A stretch of DNA of 64,000 nucleotides. It comes from Naegleria gruberi. Its lineage: Eukaryota. The DNA lies in the NCBI GenBank assembly GCA_000004985.1, contig GG738879.1; one strand, written 5' to 3'. The number at the start of each line of letters is the position of its first letter. Position 1 is the stretch's first letter. Of this stretch, positions 44,917 to 57,100 are shown piece after piece. The position numbers and the translations under genes are program-made. The notes under the pieces were generated by a model that was given only the letters and a program-made list of their open reading frames with translations, was not told the origin of the DNA and searched no databases.

Positions 44917-46481
44917 ATGGCTCCAATACCAGAGTTAGAGGATGATGGTTCACTTCATGATTCGGAGAGAGACGTTTCTATGAAGGAAACACCTGCTCCT
45001 ACAAGAAAGAAAAACCAAAGCCACAAGAGAAAGAGTACAGATGATGAAGCTGTAGAGGATGCTAAAAAGAGAAAATCAAACCCTACGGAAGAGGAACAAA
45101 CAATATTGGAAGAGGAAACTTTTAGAACGGATACACCTTTCCAATCTCCTGATGTTAGGAGAAAATCAACAGGATTAAGAACTAAACCACAACAACTTAA
45201 TCAACAAGTATTCGTAAATCGCAAACATAAAAGTGTGCCTAGTAATGTTTTGGATGCAAACACATCCTATCAAACCCCTAAGAAAACTAATATTGAAGCT
45301 GAAGTTCCCCCATCCATTTCAACATTCATTCCAGAGAAACAATTCGCTATTTCAAGAAATAAGGCATCTAAAACGGGCACTTACACTATTTTAGCATCTC
45401 TAGTAGCTATTATTTCTATTGTATATTTAATATACGTTCAATATGTAACATTAGATATTCCTAAAACTAACGTAACTGAAGAAAGTAACTTATCCAATAA
45501 TACTCAAAACTCTGCTCCAATAATTAAGTACTTTTATGTAACTAACAATGTTACTAGTAATGTAAATCACTCTGAAATCTTTGAAAAATTAATTGAAAAA
45601 CATTCAAAACAATTCAAAAATAATATGCTAGATTTAATTGATACTAGATTGTATGAATTAGAAAGAAAGCTCAATAATAATATTAGAAGTTCAATCTCAA
45701 GCTCATCTGTTTCAGTGAAGAAGGAACAACAAAAAGAATTGGAAAAATTGAAAGAATCTCTTTTATCTAAAATATCAACAGAAGTTGACATTATTTTAAG
45801 TCAAAAACTCAAATCCATTAATGATATCAACGAACAATCAATCAGCGAAATCAAAGGAAGACTAGATACTATCATACCAGGTGTTAAGAATTTGATTGAT
45901 GAATCTCTTGATAAATATGATGCTGACAAGATTGGTTTGACAGATTATGCACTCAGTAGTCTTGGTTCAAAGATTGTTGAACATTCTCCAACTTATTCAC
46001 CATCAAAGTTTTGGCCTCAACTCTTTGTTCCTGTAAAGACACCCGACATGATAATCAAACCAGATACAACTATTGGTAATTGTTGGCCTATGAAAGGATC
46101 TAGTGGTTTTGTTGTTATTGAAATAGCTCATTCTATTATTCCAACCTCTTTTTCAATTGATCACGTTCCAAAAGCTCTTTCTCCAAATATTTCATCTGCT
46201 CCTAAACAAATTTCAGTCTTTGGATATGAAAATGAAACTACCTTAACTAAGCTGTCTGCATTTGAGTATGATGTTCATGGCTCTCCTACCCAAACCTTCC
46301 CAGGTAAGCATTATTTTTGTTTTGAATTGTTTTACCTTATTTTTATTTAGTAAATGAAAGTACAAATAAGAAATATAACAAATTCAGATTCCAAATCAGT
46401 GGTAACTATGGAAATAGTTTTTATACATGCATTTACAGATTCAGAATTCATGGTGACTCACAAGCTATGATGTTACATTAA
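44917..46481 (+). CDS. SUN-domain (Sad1/UNC-84) nuclear-envelope protein, two exons: join(44917..46303,46351..46481)
   Basis: Basic N-terminus, one TM helix, coiled coil, then a C-terminal SUN domain GNCWPMKGSSGFVVIEIAHSIIPTSFSIDHVPKALSPNISSAPKQISVFGYENE (human SUN1: GNCWAFQGPQGFAVVRL...EHVPKALSPNSTISSAPKDFAIFGFDED). A 47-nt GTAAGC...TTTAG intron adds ...YGNSFYTCIYRFRIHGDSQ, which matches SUN1 ...EYTCIYRFRVHGEP. Confidence 0.85.
46304..46350 (+). other. Spliceosomal intron (47 nt) in the SUN-domain gene
   Basis: G|GTAAGC...TTTATTTAG. Splicing restores the conserved SUN-domain C-terminus. Confidence 0.75.
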
Positions 46482-46530
46482 AATTGCTCAACTGAAAGCC
46501 AAGTCTGGCTTTAATAAAAATCTTTAAAAA

Positions 46531-47255
46531 ATGAACGAAAGTGATAAAACTTTTGCTGATGGCTTGATAAGAGTTTTGGAGGTTTGTGATCATTTGTACT
46601 TGTTAACATGACAATTCCGAAATAAAGCCTCTAACAACAGAATATGATTCAAAAGTGAAGGATATTCAAATCAGTCAAACTAAATTAGCTGAAGAAATAG
46701 ATAGACTTGCAAAGAAATTAGATTCATGTAAAGAGGAAGCACAATTCGTTAACGTTGCTCCATACCTTCAAAAATTAGCAAATTCAAGAAAACGTGTAAT
46801 TAATATATCAACAACTCTAGGACACATATCCGATAGATTATCAAGATTGAACAAATTAGCAAAACAAAAGTATGTGTTAATAATTCCTTACCTTTTAATC
46901 AAACAATCATAACAGATATCCAGAACTCGAACAACTTCGCCAACAACGTGAACGATTAAAACAACAGGGATCATCGGGTAAACTTGTTGTCCAGCAACAA
47001 TCTTCATCGTCTTCTGAAGTAGTGCCTGCAACAAGTACCACTACTCCATCTTCTACCACCGAGCAACAATCATCATCCACAACAACACCAACCGAACAAA
47101 CACCACCAGAACAATCCAGCACAACTCTGTCAAATGAAGATGAAACAACCAAATCAACTCCATCAACTTCCGAAGAAGCACAAGATACTAATACCAACAT
47201 TACAACTTCCTCTGCAACAACAGAAAACCCTGTTGAAGCTGTTGATCAGCAATAA
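46531..47255 (+). CDS. Small coiled-coil protein with an S/T-rich tail (possibly a BLOC-1-subunit-like protein), three exons: join(46531..46581,46628..46869,46916..47255)
   Basis: ATG exon MNESDKTFADGLIRVLE, a 46-nt GTTTGT...ATAAAG intron, exon 2 (track ORF 46655), a 46-nt GTATGT...TAACAG intron, exon 3 (track ORF 47022). 633 nt, 210 aa. Functional call is weak. Confidence 0.5.
46582..46627 (+). other. Spliceosomal intron (46 nt)
   Basis: GAG|GTTTGT...GTTAACATGA...ATAAAG|CCT; frame-preserving. Confidence 0.45.
46870..46915 (+). other. Spliceosomal intron (46 nt)
   Basis: AA|GTATGT...CTTTTAATC...TAACAG|A; joins ORF 46655 to the frame of ORF 47022. Confidence 0.5.
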
Positions 47256-47299
47256 ATGGACTTTGCCGCCAAAAACATTTACGTTTTTATCATCAAAAA

Positions 47300-49616
47300 A
47301 TGCAAACAGTGCATAAACTCAAGTCAATCAAACAATTACGAGAGAATCAACCCTACAGTGGTTTACTATTGGAATGTATTCCCAATCCTGTAATTTTTGA
47401 ATACTATGAGGAGTTTGGAAAATATGAAATGGTATTGGAGATTTTAAATAGATCTGCAATACCTACAGCAATCCGACAAAAATCAAATTCTTCCAAATAT
47501 TTCAAAGTGAGAAGAGTGGATGCTAGTGAGGGTAAAATTGCTCCAGGATTATCAGCCAAATTCTTAGTATCTTTTTTCCCTGATTCACTTCTGGATTTTA
47601 CTGATGAAATAACATTTATCAGTGCATCCAAAGATGAAGTAGTTTTACCACTTCTAGGGAGAAGGAAAAGACCTTTACTTACCCTTCCGAGAATAATTAA
47701 TCTAGGTTATTGTTTAACAGGAACTGAAATTAGCAAGCAAATAGTGTGTAAAAATCAAGGAGGAAAAGGAAAATTTATATTTCAACAAGAATACTCGGAT
47801 CAAACAAACATCAAATTCCTTTTCTCAACACAAAATGAATTTGAGAAGGATATGGAAATTGTGGAAAAAGCACCATTTTTCGTTTCCCCAAAGTATTTCA
47901 GCCTTAATGAAGAAGAAGAGGCGCTCGTGACAGTTACCTTTAGACCAGAAGTAGTAGGGGAACAAAGCCAATCAATATTTATTATATTTGACAATGAGCA
48001 GGTATTTGAAATTCAATTAGTAGCTGAGGCTCAATATCCTAGGATTAATCTTTGCTCAATGGCAAAGAGAAAAGACTTCTTACCAGAAAGAGATTCAACT
48101 CTATTGTGTTTTGAAACAGTCTATCCATATCAAAAATCAGAATCCCAATTACTTACTCATTACAATAGCAGTGATGTGTCAGTTGAATTCGAGTGGAGAT
48201 ATATCAATGAATACGCTGACACTCCAATCTCATCGAATGGGATTAATCTTCCTTTCATGGTTAAACCAAGTATTGGAAAGATTAAACCAAGAAGTTGTAT
48301 GGCATTTGAAGTTACATTTACCCCTCAGTCATTGGGAGTATTCTCGGGATACTTCATTCTGTTTGTAAATAATGTACCTTTGCCGGTTTCCTCTGACCAC
48401 CCTTATTTTTATTACTTTAAATCGGGATTTTCATGGTTTAGAGACAGTATTCTAAATTCTCTAAAGACCTCTGATCCTCTCAGATACTTTACCCCTTACA
48501 GCTCTGAGGTTGCTGAAATTGAGAATGAATCAAAAGCAATTGCCTTAGGAGAGTCAAACTTGGTTAGTTTTGGTTCTGTACCAGTGTTTCATTGTAGACT
48601 ATTTGGTGACACAAAGAAATTGGAGGTAACTCTAAATCCACCAATTATCAATTTGAGCAATAGTATTTTTATTGGGGAAATTGTGGAAAAACAAGTGGTG
48701 ATTGTGAATAGTTCTGATTTTGATGCTTATTTTAGATGGCTTGTTTGTGAGGAGGATGATGGTCTAAAGACAGAATTTGATCCTCCTAGTGGAGTTATAG
48801 GGCCAAAAGAAAGAGTTCCAATTAAGATTTTCATTTCATGTTCAAAGCCTCAAGCATTCAACCTTTCTTGCATTTGTGAAATTGCAAACTCCGAAGAAAT
48901 AGAGCTACTGTTAAGAGGAGAAAGCAAGCCTCAGACTTTAAGAATTGACACACCATGTCTAGATATGGGGATAATTGAAACTGGAAAAGTTGTTACCGAT
49001 TGTGTGCAGATAACAAACACTTCTTCCTTAGATTTAAATTGGGCTTGTTCAACAATAGAGAATAATGCTGTCACAGTTATTCCATTCGAGGGATGCTTGC
49101 CAATAGGTAAAAGTTGTCTTGTAAACGTAAGAGTTAAGTCAGCTTATCCTCAATTCATTCAACAAATATTACGATTCGATGTTGAAAATGGAATTTCTCA
49201 ATATGTTGGTCTTAACGCCGAAATCCAATCACCTCAAGTGGTATTGGAGGAATATTTCTTTAATGTTGGAGAAATAACAATTGGCGAGTAAGTATTTATT
49301 GTTTTTGTTTGTTACTCACAACATTTTCAGTGTTGTCACAAGAACTATTAGAATGAAAAGCGTTTCTAGCATTAGTACTGAATTCTGCTGGTATGATCTC
49401 AAATTAATAGAAGACAGACCATACGAAATAGAATTCATAAATGAGAAAGGAAAATTGCAATTGGGAGAGGAAGCCGAAACAATTATAGAAATAAGAGCAA
49501 TTGCAAAAGCAGCATTATTCGAAGAACTTTTCCCATGTTTTCTTCAAGATAGCAAAGATAATTATTTTGGAATCAAGATAGTAGGAAGTATAAAGGAAGA
49601 AAATACACTAGATTAG
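47300..49616 (+). CDS. ASH/MSP (PapD-like) domain repeat protein, possibly a cilia/flagella-associated (CFAP/Hydin/DLEC1-like) protein, two exons: join(47300..49287,49331..49616)
   Basis: Repeated Ig-like units LECIPNPVIFEYYEEFGKYEMVLEILNRSAIPTAIRQ...KFLVSFFP and PPIINLSNSIFIGEIVEKQVVIVNSSDFDAYFRW.. fit the ASH-domain pattern. A 43-nt GTAAGT...TTTCAG intron at 49288..49330 joins track ORFs 47300 and 49281. Confidence 0.5.
49288..49330 (+). other. Spliceosomal intron (43 nt)
   Basis: GA|GTAAGT...TTACTCACAAC...TTTTCAG|T; restores frame to ORF 49281..49616. Confidence 0.55.
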
Positions 49617-49631
49617 ATTATGAGGTAATTG

Positions 49632-50678
49632 TTATATATTTTGTCCTGAAAAAGGTGAAATGAATTGGCCTTGAATAATCAAAGAATCCTCAGTACTAAA
49701 CAAATATCCATTCGTATGTTTTGTTGGTGGAGCGAGTGATGTCGTAATTGAAAATGAAACAATATATTCACTCAGTGAAAGTGTTTTCTCATCTTTTGTT
49801 AGCGAAACTCCCACTAAATCAATAAGAGGATGCAAGGCAATTGTGAATAAATCAATATTACAATAGCCAAGCAGTTCATCCTCTTTTTTATCTTTCGTTT
49901 TCTCGAATACTCTAATACTAACATAATCCTTAGTCAGATCCGAAATCATTGACTTGCTCGGAATAATTAAATTTGTGAAATGTTCATCAGCACTACTTGC
50001 TTCCTCCATCTCTAGTAAGTCCGAGATTGAAACGCTGGATCTCATTAGTTTTTTAGAAGTTACTTTGTCATAAACAAACTCCACATCACAGTCTTTCCAC
50101 TCAAGAAATTCATTCTTGGTTAATAGAGGGAGCTTGTAGCAAAAATTGGAAAATTCATCACCTTGGTTAAGTTGGGCAATTATATAAAGTTCAGAGGATG
50201 GACTTGCTGTTTGAGCTTCCTCTTTGATATTCAGTAATTTCAAATCTCCAACTGATATATATTTAAATGGCTTGATTGGCTTCGTACTAGTGTGTTGACT
50301 TTCATGACTATCTGCAATATAAGATGAATAGTATCTTGGTGTTTTTTGATTTTGAGGAAGTAATTGAGAGTCAATAATATTATTTAATTCCTCTTCATCT
50401 TCATCAGATTCTGTATCCTTTGGAGGTTCAATTATTTCTTCAGTCCCCTTCTTTTTCCTTCTAAAACTAAGAAAACTCCTTCTTTTCTTTTTTTCAACCG
50501 TTGATGTGCTATCAAGACTTTTTCTTGTAGGTTCAATGGTATCATGAGCTGATGGGACGTCCAAGCTTTGTCTTTCCTCGAATCGGACCGAATTATTATT
50601 GTTGTTATTATTTCCTTCATTCGGAATGTCCTTGTTTTTTTTAGACTTTTTCTTTAAACCTAATATTCCTCGAATCAT
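49632..50678 (-). CDS. Hypothetical protein with a poly-N/basic N-terminus and a C-terminal beta-rich (possibly C2-like) domain
   Basis: 348-aa ORF; no confident domain. Confidence 0.45.
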   Translation of the reverse strand: MIRGILGLKKKSKKNKDIPNEGNNNNNNNSVRFEERQSLDVPSAHDTIEPTRKSLDSTSTVEKKKRRSFLSFRRKKKGTEEIIEPPKDTESDEDEEELNNIIDSQLLPQNQKTPRYYSSYIADSHESQHTSTKPIKPFKYISVGDLKLLNIKEEAQTASPSSELYIIAQLNQGDEFSNFCYKLPLLTKNEFLEWKDCDVEFVYDKVTSKKLMRSSVSISDLLEMEEASSADEHFTNLIIPSKSMISDLTKDYVSIRVFEKTKDKKEDELLGYCNIDLFTIALHPLIDLVGVSLTKDEKTLSLSEYIVSFSITTSLAPPTKHTNGYLFSTEDSLIIQGQFISPFSGQNI

Positions 50679-51109
50679 TCTTGTTTATTGTTTTTTATTG
50701 TCATTAAAATTGAAAGATTGCTTCCTCCGTTGTGTTGATGTTGTTGATGATTGATCTATTTTTTTTGATTATCTTTTTGGTGACCGTTTTGGCTTCTAAT
50801 GATGGTTCTGATTTTTGCTTTGAGCAGTTGAACAAGTGCGAACAAAACCTATCAGTATCAATGCATGTTGGTCGTCACTTCGACATTGTCAAAAAGGAAG
50901 GCCTTTGGATTTCAAATTGATGAAGACTATTTGTTTACTAGAAATCAATTCTCAACCAACTATTGAATACAATTTAGTATTTTCAGGAAGCTTATTGATT
51001 TTGGCGCAAAAAGAATAAAATTTGGCGGGAACAAACTACAAAAAAATACAAACAAAAGCTTTGCTCACTTTTTCTCCAAGTAAATAACACAAACATCATC
51101 AAATCGAGA

Positions 51110-53133
51110 ATGAGTCAAGTTTGTTATAAGAATCGTAAAGGAGATGCGGAGGATGAATTTTCGAGGTTTTCTTCCTTCACTCTTGACCATACAACACTTC
51201 GGAAGTTGTTAGTAAATTATGGTGAATATCCTTCAAAATATAGAATGCTAATTTGGAGGTTTTTATTGAATATTCCTGAAAACAAAGAGTCCTTTGAAGT
51301 ACTCTACTCTAAGGGAATTCATTTTACTCAGTACAGCCTTCACAAACGATATCCAATAAGTAATTCATCAATATTTAGGAAAATACAGAGAATCATTTCA
51401 GCTATGGCAAATCTATCACCAATTTTTGGTGCCGTGGAATATTTGCCTGAATTAATATTTCCGTTCTTAAAAGTGTTCAATCAAAGTAGCTCAACTATCT
51501 TCGAAATAGTATTAACATTCTTTGGTATGTAACAATACTTTAAAATTACGTATTAATTGATTGAATAGTTAATTGGGGAAAGGAATGGTTTGAATTCTTC
51601 CCTAATCCACCAGCAACTGTTCTTAACTATGTTGCTTCCTTGCTTCAAATTTATGACAATGACGTACTGGAGCATTTGTCATCTCTTGGGGTGTCTTCTG
51701 CTTCTTTTGCTTGGCCAATGTTAAAAAGCTTATTTACTGAGCTCTTTACAACTGATCAATGGCTAAGAGTATTTGATCATATATTTTCTAATCCTCCCTC
51801 TTTTATATTTATGTTTATTGTATCATATCTGAATTATTTTAGGAGAAGTCTTTTCCAAATTAAAGAAAGAAGAGAAGCAGAAAACTTCTTCCACAGTATT
51901 CACGCTTGTGATCTTGAAAAGATTCTAGCTTTTGCTTATGACATTCAAAAAACTCAATATGAAAGTTCTGTACAAAAGTTGATTGCCAAATCATATGGTT
52001 CATTTAGTTTCTTGCCGAAAGGTCATTATAATATTTCTATTCGCTTTCCTGAATACTCTGTAGATTATCAATTAAAGCAAAGAGAAAGAATTGTAAAAAG
52101 TGAAGAGGATTTTGATAGAGCCAGAAACAATTATATTCAATTGAAAAAGCATAATGAGGAGTTTGAAATAGAGCATAGGAACTGGTTAATAAGACAAAAA
52201 GCATTAATTGAAGTAAGCAAAACGCAAGAAGAAGCTTCAAAGAAAATGGAAAGAGAAATATTGGAGGAAAAAGAGAGAGTTAGACAAATGGAATTGGAGG
52301 AGCGCTTAAAAAATGTAGAATACTTGCAAGAAAGAAGAAAGATGTTAGCCAATTTACATGAGGCTGAATTGAATGCGAAGACATTAAATCAACAAAGATA
52401 CATGGAAAATCTAACAATTGACACACATAATGAGATCAAACACAAAATGACGGAAATGCAATTAGGGGAAATCGAAAAAATGGAGCAAGCTAAATTGCAA
52501 GATATTGAGTGTTTCGTAAATCCTCCATCCAATTACTATTTTACAAAGAACCCATCTGCAACTTCACCAAGAAAACCAGAAACTGTAAATATCAAACCAC
52601 TTGCAAAAGAGGTTATTATCCCTGTATTTATCCCACCTGAACAGGCAAAACAGCCAGTTTCAGAAGCGATAACAAAGGACACGACAGAGATTAACTCTCC
52701 TGAAATGTCAGAGCCGAATTCTAAAGAATCAAGTTTTGCAGATTGTCTTCAAGTGCATCTACTAGGAAATGAAATTAATTCCTTAGAAAAAGAAATAGAA
52801 TCAACAGGAAAGAATCTGACTCCAAAAGATATCAAACTTCAGGCCATCATACAACCTGAAATCCCTCAAAAGAAAAAAGTGAAAAAAAAGAAAAAATTGG
52901 TAGAAAAGTCTAATGAACAAACATTAAAACAGAAGAAGAAAGAAGCATCTCCAAAAAAGGCTGTTACACTTCCTTCGCTCAAACAGATGAACTCACGAAT
53001 GAGAAAACAAAACAAAAAGTATTACCAGAAAAGCAAAGGCAAGCAAAATCTCCAAAAAGAAAGAGCCCAAAGAAGAAGGAAATCAAAGAAAGCAATCTTA
53101 AGGAGAAACCACAAGAAATGGTCACCCCGTTAG
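51110..53133 (+). CDS. TBC (Rab-GAP-like) domain protein with a long C-terminal coiled coil and K-rich tail, two exons: join(51110..51524,51569..53133). It may be catalytically inactive: no IxxDxxR arginine finger was seen.
   Basis: YRMLIWRFLLNIP and ...NWGKEWFEFFPNPP...LLQIYDNDVLEHLSSLGVSSASFAWPMLKSLFTELF are TBC-domain helices. A 44-nt GTATGT...ATTAAT...GAATAG intron joins the two track ORFs. The 3' end is uncertain; see the frameshift finding. Confidence 0.6.
51525..51568 (+). other. Spliceosomal intron (44 nt) in the TBC gene
   Basis: G|GTATGT...GTATTAATTG...AATAG|TT; phase 1 on both sides. Confidence 0.6.
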
Positions 53134-53262
53134 GTCATACTTCCCAAATTTCAACAAGTTCAAACTCATCCCAACCGGATGAGGATCGATTCAGATTATT
53201 ACAAGAACAAATATCAAAACAAAAATCAGAGCTCAAAAAATCAGATAGGACTATGAAACATA

Positions 53263-54132
53263 TTGAATCGATTGCATCAAACATTTCCAAACCATCAAGT
53301 AAATCCTTCAAACATTTCAAGGAGTATTTCATCATCCCCATCTATTGAGAGCTTAAAGAACACCAATGTTTTTAATAGGTTTGATTATTTAAAGAGCGTA
53401 GATTCTAGAGTTGATGATTTAATTCAAAAGAAGTTTAAGGAGTTTATTACAAGAAAGGTTGAACAACCAAGAGAAAAGAGTTTTAATGTTGAAGAGCAAA
53501 ACCTTTCGTTCCCTACAAGCATATCAAACACAAACAGCGCATCAATACTTAACTCCTCTGCATCAACACAGTCACCAAATCCAACACGAAATAGCACTCT
53601 CAGAGGAACAATATCTGCCACTCTTAACCCAAGTTTTTCTCAAACTTCTTACTTGGCTCCTTCTTCATGTATTGATAAATCCAGTGACAATGAGAGCTCT
53701 TCAGATGTGAACTCTTTATTAAGACATAGTAGCGAATTTGAGACAACATCCTCTAAAAGAATGAACCTTTCTTCTGATTCACATTTATACTCAGCATCCC
53801 CAAGATCCTATTCTGGAAGTTCAGGTTACAAATCGAAGACTACAACAGGTACATCCGGATCTCATGTAATTAATGCATATGTTTCCATTTCTGAAGCTCC
53901 TTATCATACCAAGACATCAGATGAAATAGTTAATGAGATTTCAGATACAAGAAGTATTGATGAATTACTTGAGAGTTTCAACACGTCCTATCCTTCAATT
54001 TCAAGCAGTATAGAATCAATTAAGATCAAGCCACAAGACTATTCCTCCCTTGATCTAAGTTTTTTTAGTGACGAAGATGAAGTTACGACAAGTGTAAATA
54101 CTTCAGCATTAATGACAGAAAAAGAATTTTAA
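53263..54132 (+). CDS. Ser-rich low-complexity ORF with no in-frame ATG start; probably a frame-shifted continuation of the upstream reading frames (53118..53348 and the TBC gene)
   Basis: Three overlapping forward ORFs (TBC frame to 53133, frame A 52917..53348, frame B 53257..54132) all read as plausible protein. No 38-51 nt GT..AG element explains the shifts. Confidence 0.3.
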   Translation: MNRLHQTFPNHQVNPSNISRSISSSPSIESLKNTNVFNRFDYLKSVDSRVDDLIQKKFKEFITRKVEQPREKSFNVEEQNLSFPTSISNTNSASILNSSASTQSPNPTRNSTLRGTISATLNPSFSQTSYLAPSSCIDKSSDNESSSDVNSLLRHSSEFETTSSKRMNLSSDSHLYSASPRSYSGSSGYKSKTTTGTSGSHVINAYVSISEAPYHTKTSDEIVNEISDTRSIDELLESFNTSYPSISSSIESIKIKPQDYSSLDLSFFSDEDEVTTSVNTSALMTEKEF

Positions 54133-57100
54133 TTCTTAATAAATTTCTCAGCTTCAAGTTCAGCATCAACATTGTGAGTTTCAATAATAGGTATTGGTTG
54201 TTGGTTTTGCTTCATGTTATCGTCTCCTATTGGAATAACAATATCATACTTATCAATATCTCGTTTCATACTCTTAGACATTTCTTCTAAAGAGATGTCC
54301 GTTTCGTTTGGAATAGGATGTTGGTAATGTTTCTCTTTGAGAATGTAGGTAGTAATTTGTCCTTTACCTTTGATTTCAACACCTTTTCTCTCATCGAATT
54401 CAAAGATATCATAGACTCTTTCGTAGGTTTGTCTGGTTACTTGGATTTTACCTGGAATACCAGTTGATTCCATTTTAGATGCAAGAGTAACATTTTCACC
54501 CCACAAATCATAAGCAAATTTCAATGTACCAATACAACCAGCAATTACACTTCCTGTGTGTAACCCAATTCTAATATTTAAAGTTGTTTTCTTTTCTAGA
54601 TTATACGCATAAATAACAGAATACATCTCCATAGCAAATCTTAATACTTTTTCTGGATGGTCTGATTGTTGAAGATGTAAACCTCCAACACAAAAGTAAG
54701 CATCACCACTAAATTGTAATTCAGATTATTATCTAATTTTCAAGCAACTTACATTGTTTTAATTTTTTCGAGTCCAAATTTGCTAATACCTCTATCGAAT
54801 CCGTTAATAATAGCATTCAACATTTGAATCAAATCAATAGCTGACATGCCTGATGACATTTTGGTAAAGTTAACCATATCACTAAATAAGCAAGTGGTAT
54901 CATCAATTTTTTCTGAAATGTAGGTTTCACCAGCTTTTAACTATTATTTTACAGTAAATGTTCAATAACAAAACTTACTCTTGCAGCTACTTGCTCAGGA
55001 AGAATATTCAAAAGTAAAGAATCACTCTTCTTCTTTTCTTCTTCAATTAACATATTATGTTTCTTCTCTGAAGTGATATCTTTGATAAACAAACTGATTA
55101 GGTTACTCTTTTCAAATGATGAGACACTCATGGATACTTGAGCAGGGAATGTTGTTCCATTCTTTCTTTTAGCTTCCACCTCAAAAGACTCTCCATAACT
55201 TCTTATGGCATTACCCATCGATGTTACTGTATCTCTTATCTTATTAGAGCTTGCATCTGTAAATAAAAGAGATGGTGGCTTTCCTAATATTTCATCAGCC
55301 TTATAACCCAACATATTCAAAGCACTTGGATTGATAATATCAACAAACCCTGTTTTGCTATTCAACACAACAGCTCCATCAACAGCAGCATCTACAAAAA
55401 GTTTAGAACATGAGCAGGCTTGAAAACTTACCCAAAATAGCTTTTGTCTTTGAAAATTTCTCTCCTTTTGCAGCCTTCTTACCATCAGAAAATGTAAAGT
55501 ATAAAATATAGTTCCTAATCTCCTCGAATTGCTCCAAAACATCATATTGAATGAAATTAAACATCCTTCTTAATTGGTGGTTTTCATTATCGAATCTTTT
55601 GACTTGTAAATACTTTGTGTAAGTCAATATAAGTAATATTGCAACAGAAACGCTTGTTATTGCTGGACTGATAATTCTAGTAGGTGATTTGTAAGTGTCT
55701 ACATATCCAGTAAGTACAGAATACATTTTGGAAGTGAATTCACTGGAAATGGCAAAAATTCCAATAAATCTTTCTACCAAAACACTATTAATATATGTAT
55801 GTCTGTATGCATCCTCATTGAATCTATCTGCTGATAAAGTATATGCATCCATGAGTTGATCCAATCCATAACAAGTGTAGTTTTCTGCAGTGCAGTTTTG
55901 GCTCAAAATCTTGATATCTAAAGAAGAAACTCCTGTTATGCCAGAAAATCCATTCTCAATTGTACCGTAACGATAATCTAACCAGGCTTCCATCATCTGT
56001 TGTGAATGTTGAATTATTTCATCGTGGAATGATTTCATGCTAGTTTGTAATATTGAAGAGTCACCTAATAAAAGTTCTCCAAGTTTAAATTTAGCTCTTT
56101 GTGAAATTTGTAATACCTTTGTACCATGCTCTACCTTTAACATAGTGTTGAATGAAGTCTGCATCATGTCCAAGCACTCATAAAGGAGTAAAGCACTTGC
56201 AATAGCAGTGAAGAGGAAAATAGCAATAATGAGTGCTGAAATTATTCTCTTAGGAGTGAAAATAGATTTTTGGATTTTCACAATCTTATCCTCGGATTTT
56301 TGTTCCAAATGGTGAAATACTGTACCCACAATATCCTTAGGAAGCTTTGCAAAAAGCTTTGTTAATTTTTCCATATGAAGTAAGTGAATATAAGAGAAAA
56401 TTGTGTAGACAATAATGAATAGCACGTATACCACAAACACACCAACAAGGGTAAAAATGAAAACATTCTTTTCCTGATTAAGAAAAGTGTCACTTCTTGC
56501 GATCAAAGTGCCACAAAAACTTTCCAGACCACCAGTAATGGCTATTCTGTTTAGCCATATATACAAGAACTCATAATTTTCATAAATATTCATGTAATCA
56601 TCAAGTTTCCAAGCATATAGCTTTGTAGCAATAGTGTGGAGCTCATTTGTAATATCAGATAAGGAAGTATTTTTAGGGGTTGATATAAGACTGGATACAG
56701 ATCCTGTTTGTAGTACTGGAACAAGAACTATTTTGTCTGCATAAACAAACTGCTTCATACTCTCTACCTCAAATCTTTGTTCGTTCATAATATCTTTAAC
56801 CTTTTGTGTAATTGTCACTATGCTCTTAACTCTTGCCTTGTGGTTTGCCCATTCTGATTTAAATCTATTGGTAGTGTTGGTTGGAGATAATATCTGAATG
56901 TACCTAATACCTGAAAGAATTAAGTAGGGAACAGGAGACACTTGGCAAAATTGATTTACAGTAGTAATACGGTCGCTATCATCTGCAAGTCCCAGATTCA
57001 ACCCTAAAACAATTGCAATAATAGCAATTGATATAAATCCCAATGATTGAAGGAAAATAAATTTCTTTTTGCTTTCGTTTGGCTTGTTGATGGCTGACCT

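Noticed and set aside
53290-53345. An intron (GTAAAT donor at about 53290) to explain the switch from frame A to frame B in the Ser-rich region.
   Set aside because: None of the candidate acceptors (CAAG, GAG, AGAG) gives an open downstream frame. All produce immediate stops. A frameshift or sequence error is more likely.
54633-54948. The apparently non-coding gap between minus-strand ORFs 54129..54632 and 54949..55545.
   Set aside because: It is not a gap. It contains two cyclase-domain exons separated by 44-nt and 38-nt introns, so it is folded into the single cyclase gene model.
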